DNA of 64,000 nt, taken from Candidatus Fervidifonticultor secundus. Its GTDB lineage: Bacteria; Sysuimicrobiota; Sysuimicrobiia; Sysuimicrobiales; Humicultoraceae. Shown piece by piece: positions 60,395 to 64,000 of this stretch; position 1 is the stretch's first letter, and the number at the start of each line of letters is the position of its first letter. The notes beneath the pieces were generated by a model that saw nothing but the letters and a program-made list of their open reading frames with translations, had not been told where the DNA came from and searched no databases. Where the stretch lies: assembly GCA_031459385.1 (NCBI GenBank), contig JAVKIP010000008.1, forward strand, positions 64,001 to 128,000, in the 5' to 3' direction. The position numbers and the translations under genes are program-made.

Positions 60395-61426
60395 CTAGCG
60401 CCGCTGCCGGGCCAGTTCTTTCTCCTTCTTCTCCATGATGGCGGAGGAGTGCCCGGGGAACGCCGACGCGTGCGGGTCGAGGTAGGTCGCCGCGTTGTTC
60501 ACCGCCGTGGCCGCCTCGCCGAACCCGGTGACGATCAGCTTCAGCTTGCCCGGGAACGTGGCGATGTCGCCGGCCGCGTAGACCCCCGGCAGGTTGGTCT
60601 CCATCTTGGTGTTGACCGCGATCGCGTCGCCCTCCAGCTGCAGCCCCCACTGCGCGATGGGCCCCAGGTTGGAGACCAGGCCCAGGAACGCCAGCACGGC
60701 GTCCACCCGCAGCACTTCCTCCTGCCCGGTCCGGTTGTTGACGATGACGGCCTCCTCGACGTGCGGGTCGCCCCGCAACGCCCGCAGCTCGTAGAACACC
60801 TTGACGGTGATGGGCGACTCGAACAGCTTCTTCACGCTGTCGACGTGGGCGCGGAAGCCGTCGCGGCGGTGGATCAGCGTGATGGCCCGGGCGTAGGGCA
60901 GGAGGTTCAGCGCCCAGTCCAGCGCCGAGTCGCCGCCGCCCACCACCAGCAGGGTCTTGTCGCGGAACTCCTCCTTCCGCCGCACGGCGAAGAAGAGGCC
61001 GCGGCCCTCGTACCGGTCGAGCTCGGGCCGCTTGTAGGTCTTGGGCGTGAAGGCGCCGATGCCCGCGGTGATGATCACCACGCGGCTGTGGTGCCGGGCG
61101 TGCGCGGTGCCGAGCTCGATCACCCCGTCGGCCCGGTGCGCCAGCGTCTGGACCTCTTCGCTCAGGCAGACGGTGGGCTCGTACTGCATCGCCTGCTCCA
61201 CCAGGTTGGCGACCAGCTCCTTGCCCAGGATCTTGGGGAAGCCCGCCACGTCGTAGATGTACTTGTCCGGGTAGAGGGCAGTGATCTGCCCGCCCAGGTC
61301 GGGCTGGCTGTCGATGAGCTTGGTGCGGAATCCGCGGAACCCGGCGTAGTACGCCGCGAACAGGCCCGTCGGCCCGGCGCCGATAATGGTGACGTCGTAG
61401 AGATCCTGGGCCTGTGCCTCGTCCAT
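60395..61426 (-). CDS. Ferredoxin-NADP+ reductase (TrxB-like, YumC type)
   Basis: GAGPTG, LYPDKYIYDVAGF, GGGDSALDWA, HRRDGFRAH, PGHSS; no CxxC. Confidence 0.88.
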   Translation of the reverse strand: MDEAQAQDLYDVTIIGAGPTGLFAAYYAGFRGFRTKLIDSQPDLGGQITALYPDKYIYDVAGFPKILGKELVANLVEQAMQYEPTVCLSEEVQTLAHRADGVIELGTAHARHHSRVVIITAGIGAFTPKTYKRPELDRYEGRGLFFAVRRKEEFRDKTLLVVGGGDSALDWALNLLPYARAITLIHRRDGFRAHVDSVKKLFESPITVKVFYELRALRGDPHVEEAVIVNNRTGQEEVLRVDAVLAFLGLVSNLGPIAQWGLQLEGDAIAVNTKMETNLPGVYAAGDIATFPGKLKLIVTGFGEAATAVNNAATYLDPHASAFPGHSSAIMEKKEKELARQRR

Positions 61427-61578
61427 GAACGCCTCCGCGGTCCGCCCGGTCGGGTGGACAGCCACCCTCCAGCGTGACCGTGCCCCATTGTACCCGTTTC
61501 TTGACACGAATTCCCACCCGTGCCAGTGTTAGGAATAATCAAGGCGCACGGCATCGTCTGGAGGTGTGGGGGAGAGGG

Positions 61579-62760
61579 ATGGCGGTCCAGACACAGCGCG
61601 GCACCGCGCCGCTGTTGAGCAAGGAGCAGCTGACTCGCTACTCGCGGCAGATCATCCTCGAGGAGCTGGGGGTGGCGGGGCAGCGCAGGCTGCTGGAGAG
61701 CAGGGTGTTGGTCGTCGGGGCCGGCGGACTGGGCTCGCCGGCCTCGCTCTACCTGGCCGCGGCCGGCGTGGGGACGCTGGGTATCGTCGACGGCGACCGG
61801 GTGGACCTCTCGAACCTGCACCGGCAGATCATTCACTTCACGCACGACATCGGCCGGCCCAAGACGCAGTCGGCCCAGCGGACCCTGGAGGCCGTCAACC
61901 CCGACGTCACGGTCGTCCCCCACCAGACGACGCTGACGTCCGAGAACGCCCTGGAGATCATCCGCGACTACGACGTGGTCGTCAACGGCAGCGACAACTT
62001 CCCCACCCGCTACCTGGTCAACGATGCGTGCGTCCTGCTGCGCAAACCCCTGGTGGACGCCAGCATCCTCAAGTGGGAGGGCCAGGCCACGGTCTTCCTG
62101 CCGGGACAGGGATGCTACCGGTGCCTGTTCCCGACGCCGCCGCCGCCGGGGTCCGTGCCCTCGTGCGCCGAGGGGGGGATCGTCGGCGCCGTGGCCGGCT
62201 ACATGGGCACGCTGCAGGCCATCGAGGCCGTCAAGATCCTGCTGGGCGTTGGCGAGACCCTGGCCAACCGGCTGCTGCTCTTCGACGCCCTGCAGGGCGA
62301 GGTCCGCACGCTCCGGTGGACCCGGAACCCCGCCTGCCCGGCCTGCGGCGACCATCCCACGATCACCGCGCTCATCGACTACGAGCAGTTCTGCGGGCTG
62401 CCGGGCCGTCAGCACGCGTCGGCGGTCCAGGAGGCCGGCCCACCGGCCGTGGATCCCGACGAAGCGTCGCGCCTGCTGGCGCAGGGCGCGCAGCTCATCG
62501 ACGTGCGCGAGCCCTGGGAGTGGGCCATGGTGCGCATCCCGGGCGCCGTGCTGATCCCCATGGCCGAGGTTTCCCAGCGCACGTCCGAGATCGACCCTAA
62601 CCGGCCGGTGGTCGTGCAGTGCGCGACGGGCGCGCGCAGCGCGAAAGTGACCGAACTGCTGCGCCAGGCTGGCTACGCCCAGGCGTACAACCTGGCCGGC
62701 GGCATCGTGGAGTGGCAGAACCGGCAGCTGCCCGTGGAGGTCGGGGACGGCCGCCGGTAG
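61579..62760 (+). CDS. moeB: Sulfur-carrier adenylyltransferase with rhodanese domain (MoeB/MoeZ)
   Basis: RYSRQ, GAGGLG, SNLHRQ, CYRC, CPAC, C-terminal DVRE...CATGARS. Confidence 0.9.
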   Translation: MAVQTQRGTAPLLSKEQLTRYSRQIILEELGVAGQRRLLESRVLVVGAGGLGSPASLYLAAAGVGTLGIVDGDRVDLSNLHRQIIHFTHDIGRPKTQSAQRTLEAVNPDVTVVPHQTTLTSENALEIIRDYDVVVNGSDNFPTRYLVNDACVLLRKPLVDASILKWEGQATVFLPGQGCYRCLFPTPPPPGSVPSCAEGGIVGAVAGYMGTLQAIEAVKILLGVGETLANRLLLFDALQGEVRTLRWTRNPACPACGDHPTITALIDYEQFCGLPGRQHASAVQEAGPPAVDPDEASRLLAQGAQLIDVREPWEWAMVRIPGAVLIPMAEVSQRTSEIDPNRPVVVQCATGARSAKVTELLRQAGYAQAYNLAGGIVEWQNRQLPVEVGDGRR

Positions 62761-62815
62761 CGCGTCGGGGCCCGGCGGTGGTGCACGCCGTCGCCCCACC
62801 GGACCCGAGGCTCCC

Positions 62816-63850
62816 TTGATACGGCAGGCGATCCTGCGGGGGCCGCGAACACTGGACCTGGCGGAGGTGCCCCCGCCTGCGCCCGGGCCCGGCGAGGTCG
62901 TGGTGCGGGTGCGCGCGGCGCTTACCTGCGGGACCGACCTGAAGACTTTCCGGCGAGGCCACCCCCGCCTGCCGTTCGGGCCGTTCGGCCACGAGGCGGC
63001 CGGCGACGTGGAGACGGTGGGCGCGGGTGTGCGTCACGTGGCGCCCGGGCAGGCCGTGGTCTTCACGCCCACGGCCCCGTGCGGCGCCTGCGCCGCGTGC
63101 GGTCGCGGCCGGGAGAATCTCTGCGCGCACCTCTTCGATGCCATCGCCCTCGGCGCGTATGCCGACGCGATTCGGCTGCCGGCCCGGGTGGCCGCGCGGC
63201 ACCTGTTCCCCAAGCCCGACGGGCTGGATTACGCCGAGGCCGCCTGCCTGGAGCCGCTGGCGTGCGTCGTGCACGGCTGGCGCCGCCTCGGCGCGACCCG
63301 CGGCGCGGTGGCCGTGGTGGGGCTCGGTCCCATAGGCCTGCTGTTCGTGCAGCTGGCAGCGGGCCAGGGGCTCGAGGTCGTGGCGGTCGGCCGCCGGCCG
63401 GAGGGACTGGCGCGCGCCCGCGCCTGCGGCGCCGCGCACACGGTCGACGCGGCTGCGGTGGCCGACGTGGGGGCGGCGCTGCGCGCGCTCGGGCGCCCAG
63501 ACGGGCCGGAGGCGGTGATCGAGGCCACCGGCGCCCAGGTCGTGTGGGAAGCGGCCCCGGGCTGGGCGGCGCCTGGCGGCCGCGTGCTGCTCTTCGGCGG
63601 CCTGGCTGGCGGCAGCCGGCCGGCGTTCGACGCCGCACGCCTGCACTACAGCGAGGTGGACCTGATCAGCGCCTTCCACTACACGACCGCCGACGTGCAC
63701 GAGGCGCTGGGTCTGCTGGCTGCACGCGCGATCCGCCCTGGCCTCCTGATTGCGGGGGCGCGGCCCCTGAGCAGGGTTCGCGAGATCTTCGACGACCTGG
63801 ATCGCGGCGCGGGGGTGAAGTACGCCGTGATCCCCGACGGCGCGCCGTGA
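62816..63850 (+). CDS. Zn-dependent medium-chain dehydrogenase
   Basis: CGTD, GHE, CGACAAC...C, GLGPIG; TTG start. Confidence 0.88.
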   Translation: MIRQAILRGPRTLDLAEVPPPAPGPGEVVVRVRAALTCGTDLKTFRRGHPRLPFGPFGHEAAGDVETVGAGVRHVAPGQAVVFTPTAPCGACAACGRGRENLCAHLFDAIALGAYADAIRLPARVAARHLFPKPDGLDYAEAACLEPLACVVHGWRRLGATRGAVAVVGLGPIGLLFVQLAAGQGLEVVAVGRRPEGLARARACGAAHTVDAAAVADVGAALRALGRPDGPEAVIEATGAQVVWEAAPGWAAPGGRVLLFGGLAGGSRPAFDAARLHYSEVDLISAFHYTTADVHEALGLLAARAIRPGLLIAGARPLSRVREIFDDLDRGAGVKYAVIPDGAP

Positions 63851-64000
63851 GGGCGACGCGGCCCGGCACGACGCAGGCTGTGGTCTGGCATGCCCCGGGC
63901 GACCTGCGCCTGGAAGACCTGCCGCTGCCGGCGCTGGGTCCCGGCGACGCGTTGCTGCGGATCACGGCGTGCGGGCTGTGTCCGGGCGAGACGATGGACT
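63847..64000 (+). CDS. Second Zn-dependent dehydrogenase (3'-truncated by window edge)
   Basis: GTG overlaps upstream stop; ..GDLRLEDLPLPALGPGDALLRITACGLC. Confidence 0.75.
   Translation, partial: MRATRPGTTQAVVWHAPGDLRLEDLPLPALGPGDALLRITACGLCPGETMD

Noticed and set aside
60395..61426. Thioredoxin reductase trxB
   Set aside because: There is no redox-active CxxC, and the motifs match YumC-type ferredoxin-NADP+ reductase.

Overview
A very GC-rich bacterial chromosomal segment, almost fully coding, with no rRNA, tRNA, CRISPR array, IS element or phage gene recognised. The gene repertoire looks like a Terrabacteria-type genome, possibly Armatimonadota/CSP1-3; this is an unverified inference. 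In order: phenylacetate-CoA ligase (5'-truncated) and a thioesterase; a Liv-type ABC transporter; a partial 4-hydroxyphenylacetate (hpa) catabolic operon; membrane pyrophosphatase hppA; a small peptide gene with two HTH-TPR regulators; hom-thrC-lysC; a SigB/F-type sigma factor; acs; an amidase; a ctaA-ctaB fusion and a heme-copper oxidase operon; an MNT-HEPN-like fusion; pyruvate dehydrogenase; an adenosine deaminase family gene; the suf operon; a fused Dpp/Opp permease; a split transketolase; qor; a Rieske ferredoxin with a stand-alone nuoB-D-I-C module; a sulfite-oxidase-family Mo enzyme; lpdA, branched-chain 2-oxoacid dehydrogenase and lipA; a ferredoxin-NADP reductase; moeB/moeZ; and two Zn-dependent dehydrogenases. 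The standout is at 14.3-17.3 kb: a 61-aa gene encoding a signal-like peptide followed by three tandem copies of (V/I)AGHGDGE(V/I)LG. It lies directly upstream of an XRE-HTH+TPR regulator, with a second convergent HTH-TPR paralogue. This is the layout of an RRNPP-type peptide signalling system carrying a triplicated autoinducer. Other notable items are an apparently catalytically degenerate MNT-HEPN fusion and a complex I Q-module with no membrane arm.
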